Shown: positions 46,809-56,832, counted from the stretch's first letter. The stretch is 64,000 bases of DNA from Longimicrobium sp. (GCF_048594345.1 NZ_JBMDXM010000289.1:456-64455), one strand, 5' to 3'. The notes: generated by a model not told the origin, from the sequence alone. Program-made: numbers and translations.

Positions 46809-49800
46809 AGACGCTGTGGTTGATCGCGAAGTACGAGGTGCGAAGCGAGCTGCGGCTGATCAGCACCTGGGTGTACGCCGGGCTGCTGTTCGCGCTGACG
46901 TTCGTGATGATGGCGGCGATGGCGGGCGTGTGGCCGGACTTCGACCTGGGCTCGCGGGTGCAGCTGGCCAACGCGCCCCGGCCGCTGGCCAACCTGATCG
47001 CCGTGATCTCCATCCTGGCCGTCCCCATCACCAGCGCGCTGGCGGGGCGCGCCGTGCACCGCGACTTCGAGACGCGCATCCACCCGCTGTTCTTTACCAC
47101 GCCGGTGAGCAAAACGGCGTACATGGGCGGGCGCTACCTGGGAACGGTCGTCACCAACCTGCTGGTGTTCCTGGCCATTCCGCTGGGGGCGATGGTGGCG
47201 GCGGCCATGCCGTTCACCGACGCGGACCGCATTGGCCCGTTTCGCCTGGACGCGTACGCGGCGCCGTTCGCGCTGGTCGTGATCCCCAACGTGCTGCTGA
47301 CGGCGGCGCTGTTCCTGGTGCTGGCGGCGCTCACCCGGCGCGTGCTGGCCAACCAGGTGGGCGGCATGGTGCTGCTGCTGGGGTGGACGGTGTCGCGCCT
47401 GTTCGCCAGCGCCATCGATGAAGACTGGGTGACGCACCTGTCCGACCCGTTTGGCGCGGCGCCGCTGCGCTGGGCCACGCGCTACTGGACGGTGGCGGAG
47501 CAGAACGCGCTCGGCATCCCCCTTACCGCGCCGCTGCTGGCCAACCGTGCTCTCTGGCTGGCGGTGGGCCTGGGCATCCTCGCGTACGGCATCCACCAGT
47601 TCCGCTTCGCCCAGTTCGCGAAGGAAGATACGGGACGTCCGCCGCAGGGTGCGGGCGAAGAAGCGCCGTGGCTGGCGGCGCGGCTCACGCTTCCGCAGCC
47701 CCGGCGCTTCTTTGGCACACGGGCGCAGCTGACGCAGCTGGCGGCGGTCACGCGCGACGGCACGCGGCGCATCCTGCGCGGGGTGTGGTTCTGGATTCTG
47801 GCGGGCGTGTGCGTCTCCTTCGTCCTCATCATGGCGACGGAGCTGGGGAGCATCTACGGCACCGAAACCTTTCCGGTAACCTACCAGGTGCTGGAGATGC
47901 TGGGCGGGATGTTCGCGCTGTTCCTGGTCATCATCATCACCATCTACGCCGGAGAGCTGGTGTGGGAGGAGCGCGAGACGGGCGCGGCGCAGATCCACGA
48001 CGCGCTCCCCGTGCCTACCTGGATTCCGTTCCTGGCCAAGACGCTGGCGCTGGTGGCCATGTGCGCGGTGCTGCTGGGGGTGGCGATGGTCACGGGGATG
48101 CTGGTGCAGGCGGCCAAGGGCTACTTCCGCTTCGAGCCGGTGCTGTACCTGCGCGAGCTGTTCGGGATGGCGCTGCCCAACCTGGCGCTGCTGGCGGTGC
48201 TGATGATGACCATCCAGTCGCTGGTGAACCACAAGTACGTGGGACACCTGCTGGCCATCGTCTTTTACGTGGGCGCGCCCTGGCTGCACGGCACGGTGCT
48301 TCCCCACAACCTGTTCCACTACTCGTTCACGCCCGAGACGTTCTACAGCGACATGAACGGGTACGGCCACACGGTGCAGCCGTTCTGGTGGTACACGCTG
48401 TTCTGGGCAGGCGTGGCGGTGCTGCTGGCGGTGGCGAGCAACCTGTTCTGGGTGCGGGGGATGGAGACGGGCGGCCCGTGGCGCATGCGGCTGGCACGGG
48501 CGCGCTTTCGCCGTCCGGCGCTGATGGCGTCGGCGCTGGCCCTGGCGCTGATCCTGGGGACGGGCGGCTTTATCGTCTACAACACGGTGCAGCTGAACGA
48601 GTGGGAGACGGCGGACGAGGGGGAGCGGATCACCGCGGAGTACGAGAAGCGGTACAAGCGCTTCGAAACGCTGCCGCAGCCCCGCGTTACCGCCGTCACG
48701 CTGGACGTGGACATCTATCCCGAGCGGCGCGACCTGCGCGTGCGCGGCACGTACCGGCTGGTGAACCGCGGCGGCCGGCCGGTGGACCAGGTGCACGTGG
48801 ACCTGCTGAACACGCTCATCATCCGCCGGATGGAGCTGGGCGTGCCCGCGCGGCGCATCATCGCGGACAGGGAGAAGGGCTACTACGCCTATCGCCTGGC
48901 CCGCCCGCTGGCGCCGGGCGATTCCACGGAGCTGCGCTTCGAGGTGGCGCACGACGCGCGCGGGTTCGAGGACGAGCCGTCGTTCTTTCCCGTGGTGGAG
49001 AACGGGACCTTTTTCAACAGCCAGTACCTTCCCGGCATCGGCTACAACGCCGAGGGCGAGCTGACGGACGAGGGTGCGCGCGAGCGGCACGGCCTGCCCC
49101 CGCGCCCCCGCGTGGCGGCGATCGACGATCCCCGCGGCCGGGCGCGCAACTTCATCTCGCGCGACGCGGACTGGATCCGCTTCGCGGCCACGGTGTCGAC
49201 CTCCGCGGACCAGACGGCGCTGGCGCCGGGGCGGCTGGAGCGGGAGTGGCGGCAGGGCGGCCGGCGGTACTTCCGGTACGTGATGGACGTGCCGATGCTG
49301 AACTTCTACGCGTTCCTGAGCGCGCGGTACGCGGTAAAGAAGGACCGCTGGAAGGGCGTGGAGATCGAGGTCTTTCATCACCCGGGACACGAGTACAACG
49401 TGGACCGGATGATCAAGGCGGTAAAGGCGTCGCTGGACTACTACACGCGCTGGTACGGCCCTTACCAGCACAGCCAGGTGCGCATCGTGGAGTTTCCGCG
49501 TTACGGCGACTTTGCGCAGTCGTTCGCGGGGACCATCCCCTACAGCGAGGGGATCGGCTTTATCGCCGACGTCAAGGCGGACGACATCGACTACCCGTTC
49601 TTCGTCACGGCGCACGAGGTGGCGCACCAGTGGTGGGGACACCAGGTGGTGGGCGCCGACGTGCAGGGCAGCGCCATGCTGAGCGAAACGCTGTCGGAGT
49701 ACGGCGCGCTGATGGTGATGGAAAAGGAGTACGGGCGCGGGCAGATCGGCCGATTCCTTCGCCACGAGCTGGACGGCTACCTGCAGGGGCGCACCACGGA

Positions 49801-50494
49801 GCGCCGCGCGGAGATGCCGCTGGCCCTGGTCGAAAACCAGCAGTACATCCACTACAACAAGGGCGCGCTGGCGATGTACGCGCTGCGCGACTACGTGGGC
49901 GAGGAGCGGGTGAACGGCGCGCTGCGGGCGTTCATCACCGAGGCGCGTGGGATGCGCGGCCGCTATCCCACGTCGCAGGACCTGCTGCGCCACCTGCGCG
50001 CGGCCACGCCCGACTCGCTGCAGCCGGTGGTCGAGGACCTGTTCGAGACGGTGACGCTGTGGGACCTGCGCGCCACCCGCGCGGAAGGGACGGACCTGGG
50101 CGACGGCCGCTACCAGGTGGACGTGACGGTGACGGGGCGCAAGCTGCGCGCGGGCCCGCTGGGCGACGAGACGCCGGTGCCGATGGACGACCTGGTGGAG
50201 ATCGGGGTGTTTGGCGCGGATGAGGAGGAGCCGATCTCGCTGCGCAAGTTTCGCTACGACGGCCGCCAGCGCACCTTCCGCATCGTCGTGGACGAATGGC
50301 CGCGGCGGGCCGGCATCGACCCGCTGCACAAGCTGATCGACCGCGAGGTGGACGACAACGTGGCGGGGATCACCCGCCGCCCCGGCACGCCCGTTCCCCG
50401 CCGCACCCCGGCGGACACCGGCCGGCGGAACGGCTCGCGTCCGCGGCCGCCCGGCACCGCCGACCCCGCGCAGGGCCGTCCGGCGCGGCCGTGA
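46805..50494 (+). CDS. ABC-2 permease fused to M1-family metallo-aminopeptidase domain
   Basis: two multi-TM permease halves, then AHEVAHQWWG..ETLSEY (HEXXH..E) and YNKG. Confidence 0.88.
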   Translation: MKTLWLIAKYEVRSELRLISTWVYAGLLFALTFVMMAAMAGVWPDFDLGSRVQLANAPRPLANLIAVISILAVPITSALAGRAVHRDFETRIHPLFFTTPVSKTAYMGGRYLGTVVTNLLVFLAIPLGAMVAAAMPFTDADRIGPFRLDAYAAPFALVVIPNVLLTAALFLVLAALTRRVLANQVGGMVLLLGWTVSRLFASAIDEDWVTHLSDPFGAAPLRWATRYWTVAEQNALGIPLTAPLLANRALWLAVGLGILAYGIHQFRFAQFAKEDTGRPPQGAGEEAPWLAARLTLPQPRRFFGTRAQLTQLAAVTRDGTRRILRGVWFWILAGVCVSFVLIMATELGSIYGTETFPVTYQVLEMLGGMFALFLVIIITIYAGELVWEERETGAAQIHDALPVPTWIPFLAKTLALVAMCAVLLGVAMVTGMLVQAAKGYFRFEPVLYLRELFGMALPNLALLAVLMMTIQSLVNHKYVGHLLAIVFYVGAPWLHGTVLPHNLFHYSFTPETFYSDMNGYGHTVQPFWWYTLFWAGVAVLLAVASNLFWVRGMETGGPWRMRLARARFRRPALMASALALALILGTGGFIVYNTVQLNEWETADEGERITAEYEKRYKRFETLPQPRVTAVTLDVDIYPERRDLRVRGTYRLVNRGGRPVDQVHVDLLNTLIIRRMELGVPARRIIADREKGYYAYRLARPLAPGDSTELRFEVAHDARGFEDEPSFFPVVENGTFFNSQYLPGIGYNAEGELTDEGARERHGLPPRPRVAAIDDPRGRARNFISRDADWIRFAATVSTSADQTALAPGRLEREWRQGGRRYFRYVMDVPMLNFYAFLSARYAVKKDRWKGVEIEVFHHPGHEYNVDRMIKAVKASLDYYTRWYGPYQHSQVRIVEFPRYGDFAQSFAGTIPYSEGIGFIADVKADDIDYPFFVTAHEVAHQWWGHQVVGADVQGSAMLSETLSEYGALMVMEKEYGRGQIGRFLRHELDGYLQGRTTERRAEMPLALVENQQYIHYNKGALAMYALRDYVGEERVNGALRAFITEARGMRGRYPTSQDLLRHLRAATPDSLQPVVEDLFETVTLWDLRATRAEGTDLGDGRYQVDVTVTGRKLRAGPLGDETPVPMDDLVEIGVFGADEEEPISLRKFRYDGRQRTFRIVVDEWPRRAGIDPLHKLIDREVDDNVAGITRRPGTPVPRRTPADTGRRNGSRPRPPGTADPAQGRPARP

Positions 50495-51012
50495 CGGAGC
50501 AGGAGAGCCTGCGGCCGGGGGACCGCGCCACGCGCAGGGTCCGGCAGCGGCTGCACCTGAAGGGCGAACTGATGCTGGCCGCGCTGCCCACGGCGACGGT
50601 GCTGCTGGTGCTGTTCATGGTGGAGGTGCTGAGCGAGCAGCGGCTGCTGTTCGCCTCGCTGGCGTCCAGCGCCTTCCTGATCTACCTGGACCCGGAGCAC
50701 GGCACCAACCGCGTCCGCACGCTGGTCATCTCGCAGCTGGCGGCGGCGTTCATCGGGCTGGCGGGGTTCGTGGTGCTGGGGCCCGGCTACCAGGCGGCCG
50801 CGGTGGCGATGGTGCTGACCATCCTGTTGATGATCGTGACCGACGCCGTGCACCCGCCCGCCGTGAGCACCGCGCTGAGCTTTGCCCTGCGCGCGGGCGA
50901 CGAGAGCAACGTGGCGCTGTTCGGGCTTGCCGTCGCCATCACCGCCGGGCTGGTGCTGATGCAGCGTGCCGCGATGTGGATGATGGGGCGATACGCGGCC
51001 ACCAATCCATGA
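50491..51012 (+). CDS. HPP family membrane protein
   Basis: ASLASSAFL, VHPPAVSTAL. Confidence 0.85.
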   Translation: MTEQESLRPGDRATRRVRQRLHLKGELMLAALPTATVLLVLFMVEVLSEQRLLFASLASSAFLIYLDPEHGTNRVRTLVISQLAAAFIGLAGFVVLGPGYQAAAVAMVLTILLMIVTDAVHPPAVSTALSFALRAGDESNVALFGLAVAITAGLVLMQRAAMWMMGRYAATNP

Positions 51013-51347
51013 CCGTGTCGCGGACACCCCGCGTTCGCGGTGCGCGGCGGGACCGTGCGCGGCGAGACCGCACGCCGCGTCCCGCTCTCGACACGACGAG
51101 GTAGGCTGGTGAGCACCAAAGGAGCGGTGTCGCACGGATTCAACGGAGCCAGCGGAGTCGGTCCATCCGCCAGCTCCGTTGCTTGTGCTTGAGAATACGG
51201 GACTTACGGCCGGTCTGCGGGGATGGCTCCGTGGCGGAAAACAGGTACGCGAGTTGGCGGGTCGCGGTTTGGAGGGATGCCGGGAGGTTTTTAGCTTTGG
51301 GGCATCGTTGAAGGTTGCATGGCGAACCTTGAACCCCCGTGGTGAAG

Positions 51348-51536
51348 ATGAAGCTTCCCGATCTGATCCTCCGGCTGGAGAAGGACGGGTGGACGCGTGT
51401 GCGGCTGCGCGGTCCGCACCGGCAGTACGTTCACCCGGCCAAGCCCGGCGTGCTCACCATCCGCCGGCACCTGACGGACGAGCTGGCTCCCGGCGCCCTG
51501 CGGAGTGTGCTGGAGCAGGCGGGGGTGGCGCCATGA
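51348..51536 (+). CDS. hicA: HicA family toxin
   Basis: LEKDGW..RGPHRQYVHP..G.LTI..H..ELAPGAL.SVL.QAG. Confidence 0.85.
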   Translation: MKLPDLILRLEKDGWTRVRLRGPHRQYVHPAKPGVLTIRRHLTDELAPGALRSVLEQAGVAP

Positions 51537-51748
51537 GACGCTACCTGGTGGTGCTGGAGCCCACGGCGACGGGTTACTCGGCGTACACGCCCGACCTGCG
51601 CGGCTGCGTGACCACCGGGGCCACGCGCCACGAGGCGGAGACCAACATCCGCGAAGCCGTAGAGTTCCACCTGCTGGGCCTGCTGGACCAGGGCCAGCGG
51701 GTGCCCGAGCCGCGCACCGAGTACGCGCACGTGCACATCGGCTCCTGA
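51533..51748 (+). CDS. hicB: HicB family antitoxin (short)
   Basis: YSAYTPDLRGCVTTGAT..EA..NIREA; ATGA coupling to hicA. Confidence 0.88.
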   Translation: MRRYLVVLEPTATGYSAYTPDLRGCVTTGATRHEAETNIREAVEFHLLGLLDQGQRVPEPRTEYAHVHIGS

Positions 51749-51799
51749 TCCGGGTGCTAAGGAATGCGAAAAAAGTATCGACACGATCCGGAGGATCGG

Positions 51800-51898
51800 T
51801 GTCATTCTGAGGAAGGCGCGCGCGTGGTCCTGTCCGTATACACAAAAGCGTGCCGCGCTTTCCGCGGGGGCGCAGTGGGCGCCTTCCTCAGAATGACA
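51800..51898. repeat. MITE-like element with perfect 20-bp terminal inverted repeats
   Basis: TGTCATTCTGAGGAAGGCGC ... GCGCCTTCCTCAGAATGACA. Confidence 0.8.
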
Positions 51899-51947
51899 GC
51901 GAGCGACTATACCCACCGTTACGCGAGTGGGAATCAGGCGCGTTCCT

Positions 51948-53162
51948 TCAGGACGCGGCTGCGGGAGGACGGTAGGTGAAGCGTGCCTTGAGCTTGAGGA
52001 AGTGCTTTTCGTACGCGTTCCAGCAGGCGAGCGCGGCCAGGATGGACGCGGCGGTCATCAGCGCAGTATAGCCCAGCAGCCCGGGGAACTCCCACCGCGT
52101 GCCGGCGAAACGGTCGGGAGAGGCGCCGGCCAGCCGCCCCAGCCCGATAAGCGGGACGTGCAGCACGTACAGCCCGTAGCTGTAGCGGCCGAAGAAGCGG
52201 AGGACCGAGCCGGACAGCAGCCGCGGCAGAGGCGCGGAGCGGCCGTCCAGCGCCAGCACCAGCACGGCGCCGAAGAAGAACGCCAGAGCCGAGTATCCCA
52301 CGGCGACCATGTACGCGCCGCCGGGATCGAAGCCCGACGGATGCAGCGCCGCGCCCGCCAGCGCCGCGGCGGAGGCGGCCAGCGCCGCGGGGGCGATCCG
52401 CCGCAGCCGTGCGCGCCCACCGGCGCCGCGCAGCATCAGCGCGATGGCGCCGCCCAGCGCCAGGCCGTCCAGGCGCGCCGGCGTCTGAAAGTAGACGGCG
52501 TGCAGATCCGCCCCCGCGAGCACGGCCGTGACGCGGTACGCCAGCGCGCCCACCAGGCAGGCGGCGCACACCCGCAGCGCGTTCGTGCGGGAGAGGGTGA
52601 AGATCACCAGCGGCCAGACAAGGTAGAACTGCTCCTCGATGGCCAGGCTCCACAGGTGCCCCGCAAAGTCCAGCGCTGCGTTGGGGAGCGGGCGAAAGTT
52701 CTGCAGGTAGAGCCAGTACGGAAGCTGGTCCGCGAAGGTGGTGGTGTACGCCCGCGCGCCCACCAGCGGCGGGACGGCGAAGAGCAGCACCACGAAGCCG
52801 TAGTACAGCGGCAGGATGCGCAGCGCGCGGCGCATGTAGAAGGTGCGGTAGCGGTGCGGCGTGTTCCGCGCGTCCGCCAGGATGCCGGTGATCAGGAACC
52901 CGGAGAGCACAAAGAAGAGATCGACGCCCGTCCAGCCCAGGCTGAACGCCTGCTTGACGAGTCGGGCGGGGGCGCCGGCCGGTGCGCCCATCGCGGAGGT
53001 GAAGTGCAGCAGCAGCACGCCCAGGACCGCGCACCCGCGCAGGCCGTCCAGCGCGGGGATGTGTGCGGGCTCGTCCGTGGGCGCGGTGCCGCCGTGGGGC
53101 TCGGTGGGCGGGAGGGGCAGGGTCACGGTGGGTGCCGGCAACCCGGAGGCCGGAGGTTTCAA
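51948..53162 (-). CDS. acyltransferase 3 family (OafA-like) membrane protein
   Basis: IPALDGLRG, GVDLFFVLSGFLI, RRALRILPLYY, HLWSLAIEEQFYL. Confidence 0.93.
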   Translation of the reverse strand: MKPPASGLPAPTVTLPLPPTEPHGGTAPTDEPAHIPALDGLRGCAVLGVLLLHFTSAMGAPAGAPARLVKQAFSLGWTGVDLFFVLSGFLITGILADARNTPHRYRTFYMRRALRILPLYYGFVVLLFAVPPLVGARAYTTTFADQLPYWLYLQNFRPLPNAALDFAGHLWSLAIEEQFYLVWPLVIFTLSRTNALRVCAACLVGALAYRVTAVLAGADLHAVYFQTPARLDGLALGGAIALMLRGAGGRARLRRIAPAALAASAAALAGAALHPSGFDPGGAYMVAVGYSALAFFFGAVLVLALDGRSAPLPRLLSGSVLRFFGRYSYGLYVLHVPLIGLGRLAGASPDRFAGTRWEFPGLLGYTALMTAASILAALACWNAYEKHFLKLKARFTYRPPAAAS

Positions 53163-53251
53163 CGAGCGCGGGGATCGAAGGAGGGGGGTACGCCGATCAG
53201 AGAGGATCTGCGCGGTAAACTATTGGACGTGCTGAGGATGGACAACCGCTG

Positions 53252-54037
53252 TCAGGATCCGGCGGGATCGAGAACGCGGCGGATGAAGTGCGACATCGCC
53301 GCCAGCGTCGCATCGCGCTGTTCGGCATGCGGGGCGTGGCCGCAGCGGGGCAGGAGCAGCGTGTCCACGGGGCCGCTCGACTGCCGCTGGATGGATTCCA
53401 CGTGCTTCCAGCTTCCGTACTCGTCGTTCTCGCCCTGGATGACGAGAGCGGGGACGGTGATGCCGGGAAGCACGTCCTCGATGTTCCAGACGCGGAAGTC
53501 CGGATCCAGCCAGACGCAGTTCCATCCCCAGAACGCCACGTCGGTGTTGTCGCCGTGGTGGCGGGCCAGGCGCTCGCGCAGGTTGGTGGTGCGGTAGACG
53601 TCCGCGATTTTCGCGATGCTCTCCAGCCCGCACGGCTCGGCAAAGGTGTGCGGCGCCTCCAGCACCAGCGCGCGCAGGCCGGGGATCGGCGGCGCGCTGC
53701 CCGCGGCGATCAGCGCGATGGAGGCGCCGTCGCTGTGGCCCAGCAGGATGGATTCGCGGATGCCGCTCTGCGCCAGGACGGCGCGCAGCACCTCGGCCTC
53801 GTCGTGCATGAAGCGGACGGGGCGGGGGAGCGCGATGGAATCGGAGCGGCCGTAGCCGGCGCGCGAGTAGACCAGCGCTCCGCAGCCGGCCGCCTCCGCC
53901 AGCGCGTCCGGAAAATCGCGCCACAGGCTTACGCTGCCGAGGCCCTCGTGAAGAAAGACGATCGTTGGCGCCTCGTCCGGCGCGGGGCCGATCCAGCGGC
54001 ACTCCAGGCGCGTGCCGCCCACGTGCAGCGAGTCCAT
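53252..54037 (-). CDS. alpha/beta hydrolase
   Basis: VFLHEGLGS, YSRAGYGRS, GHSDGASIA, QGENDEYG, CGHAPH. Confidence 0.92.
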   Translation of the reverse strand: MDSLHVGGTRLECRWIGPAPDEAPTIVFLHEGLGSVSLWRDFPDALAEAAGCGALVYSRAGYGRSDSIALPRPVRFMHDEAEVLRAVLAQSGIRESILLGHSDGASIALIAAGSAPPIPGLRALVLEAPHTFAEPCGLESIAKIADVYRTTNLRERLARHHGDNTDVAFWGWNCVWLDPDFRVWNIEDVLPGITVPALVIQGENDEYGSWKHVESIQRQSSGPVDTLLLPRCGHAPHAEQRDATLAAMSHFIRRVLDPAGS

Positions 54038-54048
54038 CACGCCGCGCG

Positions 54049-54627
54049 TCAGGCCAGGCCGCCGTTGCCGCGCGGGCGGCGCTGGCGCAGCTGGATGTCT
54101 CCGGCCAGCGGGGCAACGTCGTGGTCTGAGAGGGCAAGGGCGGCGCGGGCGCGCTCCACCACGGCGGTGCCGTCGGGAATCCGCAGGCCAAAGGCGAGCT
54201 CCGCCTTGCGGCACAGCCGCTCCTCCCACGCGATCAGGTCGCGCGGGATGGTGCGGCCGTTGCGCAGCCGCGCGTGCACCGCCTCGTGCACGATGGACGA
54301 CGCGACCTGCTCCGCCGCGAACGTCGCGACGAAGTACGTGTCCAGGCTGCAGTTGCGCATCAGGTCGAACATCGCGCGAACTCCGTCCTGGCGGTGCATG
54401 AAGATGCGGGCAAAGTCGCGGCGCATTGCCTTCAGCCGCCAGGGCGCGTGGTCGGCCACCAGCTGCAGCGACGCGGCGATCTTGGCGAACAGTTCGTCGC
54501 TGGTGGCGAACTGGCGGTCGTTGATCAGCCACACGTCGATGCCGTGGATGCGGCGCCGCTCCGACTGGGCGCGCAGGATCGCCTCCTGCGCCCACGCCTG
54601 CGGGTCGGCCAGGAACTTACGGATCAT
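54049..54627 (-). CDS. hypothetical protein with HExxH motif
   Basis: IVHEAVH..WEE; ATGA-coupled to the DUF72 gene. Confidence 0.6.
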   Translation of the reverse strand: MIRKFLADPQAWAQEAILRAQSERRRIHGIDVWLINDRQFATSDELFAKIAASLQLVADHAPWRLKAMRRDFARIFMHRQDGVRAMFDLMRNCSLDTYFVATFAAEQVASSIVHEAVHARLRNGRTIPRDLIAWEERLCRKAELAFGLRIPDGTAVVERARAALALSDHDVAPLAGDIQLRQRRPRGNGGLA

Positions 54628-55379
54628 CCGCGCTCCTCCATCGTCCCCTCCAGCCGCGCCACCAGGTCCAGCGCGTTCTGCGTGGCGGCGCCGGCGGCGG
54701 TGTTGTCGAAGATGCACCACACCTCGCGCTCCGCGTCCAGGTCGGCGCGGATGCGGGCGGCGAGCGCATCCAGATACGCCGCATCATACGCCGAGTAGTA
54801 GGTGCGAGGCGAGCCGTGCAGCCGGTAGTACGCCAGGCCGCGCCATCCGCCGGGCTCCGCCGCCTCCGGGACGCGCGCCGGATCCGCCGCCACGCGCGCA
54901 ACCTTCCATCGCGCGAGCAGATCGTCCGCATCCCCCCCAAACCAGGTGGGATGCCGCGGCTCGCATACCACCGCGACGTCCGTCCGGCCCCGGAGCGAGG
55001 CAAAGAAGGCGTCCGCCGCCGCCGCGTCGAACTGCAGGCTGGGGGGAAGCTGCACGAGCAGGCACGCCAGCGCGTCGCCCAGGCCGCCGGCTTCGGACAG
55101 GAAGGTGGCGAGCGTGTCGTCCGCGTCCACTAGGCGCAGCTCGTGGGTGATGGTTTTCGGAAGCTTGGCGCAGAAGCGGAAGCCGGGCGGCACGCTCGCC
55201 GCCCAGCGCGCCCAGGTGCTGGCGCGGTGCGGGCGGTGAAAGGACGAGTTGATTTCAACGGCGGGAAAGCGGGCCGCGTAGCGCGCCAGGTGCGTGCCCT
55301 CCGCGGGAAACGCGGGCTGCACGTCGCGCGGCAGCGTCCACCCGGCGCACCCCACCAGGCAGCGGCTCACGCCCTCCAT
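54624..55379 (-). CDS. DUF72 domain protein
   Basis: VGCAGW, VEINSSFHRP, FCAKLPKTITH, LVQLPPS, EPRHPTW, YYRLHG, FDNT. Confidence 0.93.
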   Translation of the reverse strand: MEGVSRCLVGCAGWTLPRDVQPAFPAEGTHLARYAARFPAVEINSSFHRPHRASTWARWAASVPPGFRFCAKLPKTITHELRLVDADDTLATFLSEAGGLGDALACLLVQLPPSLQFDAAAADAFFASLRGRTDVAVVCEPRHPTWFGGDADDLLARWKVARVAADPARVPEAAEPGGWRGLAYYRLHGSPRTYYSAYDAAYLDALAARIRADLDAEREVWCIFDNTAAGAATQNALDLVARLEGTMEERG

Positions 55380-55484
55380 GGAAGGAGAGGGTTGCCTTTC
55401 GTGTGGCTCGCCGCCCATCTTCACGCGCTTGCTCCGTCCTTTCGACCGTTCCACGCCCCTCCACGATTTCCAGACGAGGCTCCG

Positions 55485-55994
55485 ATGAAGCGCATCATGG
55501 TCGCCCTTCTCACGCTCTGTGCCGTTCCCGCGGCCGCCCAGGCACCCACCGCCGCCGGCTCGGTGAAGCCGCTGTTCGCGCAGGGCGCGGCGTGGGTGCT
55601 CGCCGCGGCCGAGCAGATGCCCGAGGCGGACTACGGGTTCAAGCCCACCCCTGAGATCCGCAGCTTCGGGCAGGTGGTGGGCCATGTGGTCAACGCGCAG
55701 TACATGTTCTGCTCCGCGATCAAGGGCGAGGCCAGCCCCAGCCAGCAGAACTGGGAGCAGGTGACGGAAAAGGCGGCGCTCGTCGAGGCGTTGCGCGCCT
55801 CCACCGCGTACTGCGACGCCGCATACGACCTGAGCGATGAGGCCGCGATGCAGTCCATGACCTTCTTCGGCCGCCCGATGACCAAGCTGGGCGTGCTGAC
55901 GATGAACGCCGCCCACGACTTTGAGCACTACGGCAACATCGTCACCTACATGCGCCTCAAGGGCATGACCCCACCCTCCAGCCAGGGCAACTGA
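55485..55994 (+). CDS. DinB family protein, secreted
   Basis: signal peptide; MPEADYGFKP..RSFGQVVGH, HDFEHYGNIVTYMRLKG. Confidence 0.88.
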   Translation: MKRIMVALLTLCAVPAAAQAPTAAGSVKPLFAQGAAWVLAAAEQMPEADYGFKPTPEIRSFGQVVGHVVNAQYMFCSAIKGEASPSQQNWEQVTEKAALVEALRASTAYCDAAYDLSDEAAMQSMTFFGRPMTKLGVLTMNAAHDFEHYGNIVTYMRLKGMTPPSSQGN

Positions 55995-56066
55995 CGGGCC
56001 GATCTTCCGGTTGAACAAAGCTGGATGCAGTACCCCGCGCTGGCTGGGGACCTCCGAATAAATGCG

Positions 56067-56094
56067 AACCGCCGTCCCGGGAAGGACGGCGGTT
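56067..56094. terminator. terminator-like hairpin between convergent genes
   Basis: AACCGCCGTCC-CGGGAA-GGACGGCGGTT followed by T-rich tract. Confidence 0.65.
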
Positions 56095-56108
56095 TGTGTC
56101 TTTGGTGC

Positions 56109-56494
56109 TTACCAGAGTCGCGGTACGGAATACCTGTCGAGCGTGGCGTCTGCGCTTATCAAGGTCGCGTTCTCGGAGACCGCCTGGCTGACGAGGATGC
56201 GGTCAAACGGATCACGGTGGTGAAACGGCAGGGCAAGCAGGCCATTCAGGTGCTCCGGACGGATTGGGAGCAGGTGTATGCCGTTCGCCCGCAGTTGAAC
56301 AGGGATCAGCTCGTGGAAAGGACCGGTGAGGGTGAGCTTGCCAGGCTGGCTTTGATCGCAATCTCCCACGCGCCCGCAATACTGAAAAGGCGCGTATTCT
56401 CCAGATCCTCGATCGCCATCCGTGCGCTCGCGGTGAGCCGGGAGTCTCCCGCCAGAAACCAGAGCAGTGCGTGCGTGTCCAGAAGCAGGTTCAC
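56109..56494 (-). pseudogene. vapC: PIN-domain VapC toxin interrupted by a 1-nt frameshift
   Basis: LLLDTHALLW..WEIAIKASL in one frame; GKLTL..HRDPFDRILVSQA in another; junction near 56341-56342. Confidence 0.85.
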
Positions 56495-56715
56495 TGTTCG
56501 TATTCCCGAAAGTCTTCCAGCGGCGCATCAAAGTCATCCGCCATCGTGAACAGCCCGCGAGCGCTGCCGAAGCGCGGCCGGGGAGCAATCTCGAGGGGTA
56601 CGAGCCGAAACGAGGAGCCATCTGCGCGGGCGATGACTACTTCCTCACCCCCTGCAGCCTCATCCATCAACTCCGGCAGGCGGTCCTGCGCCTCTTCAAC
56701 TGAAACCGGGACCAT
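56491..56715 (-). CDS. Phd/YefM-type antitoxin
   Basis: EAQDRLPELMDEAAGGEEVVIAR, RFGSARG..MADDFDAPLEDF; overlaps vapC start. Confidence 0.88.
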   Translation of the reverse strand: MVPVSVEEAQDRLPELMDEAAGGEEVVIARADGSSFRLVPLEIAPRPRFGSARGLFTMADDFDAPLEDFREYEQ

Positions 56716-56832
56716 ATCTCCCTCCTTGCAAGCGCCCGTTCTTCAAAGATACGCCGATCCATTTCCGTTGCACAGCAAGTCGGGCGCCTTCGTGGCGATC
56801 GCAGCCCCCCATCGGCGCAACGGTACGATCAT

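Noticed and set aside
46469-50329. 1286-aa antisense ORF and similar long Arg/Ala/Pro-rich ORFs
   Set aside because: Shadow frames of real genes in high-GC DNA; no motifs
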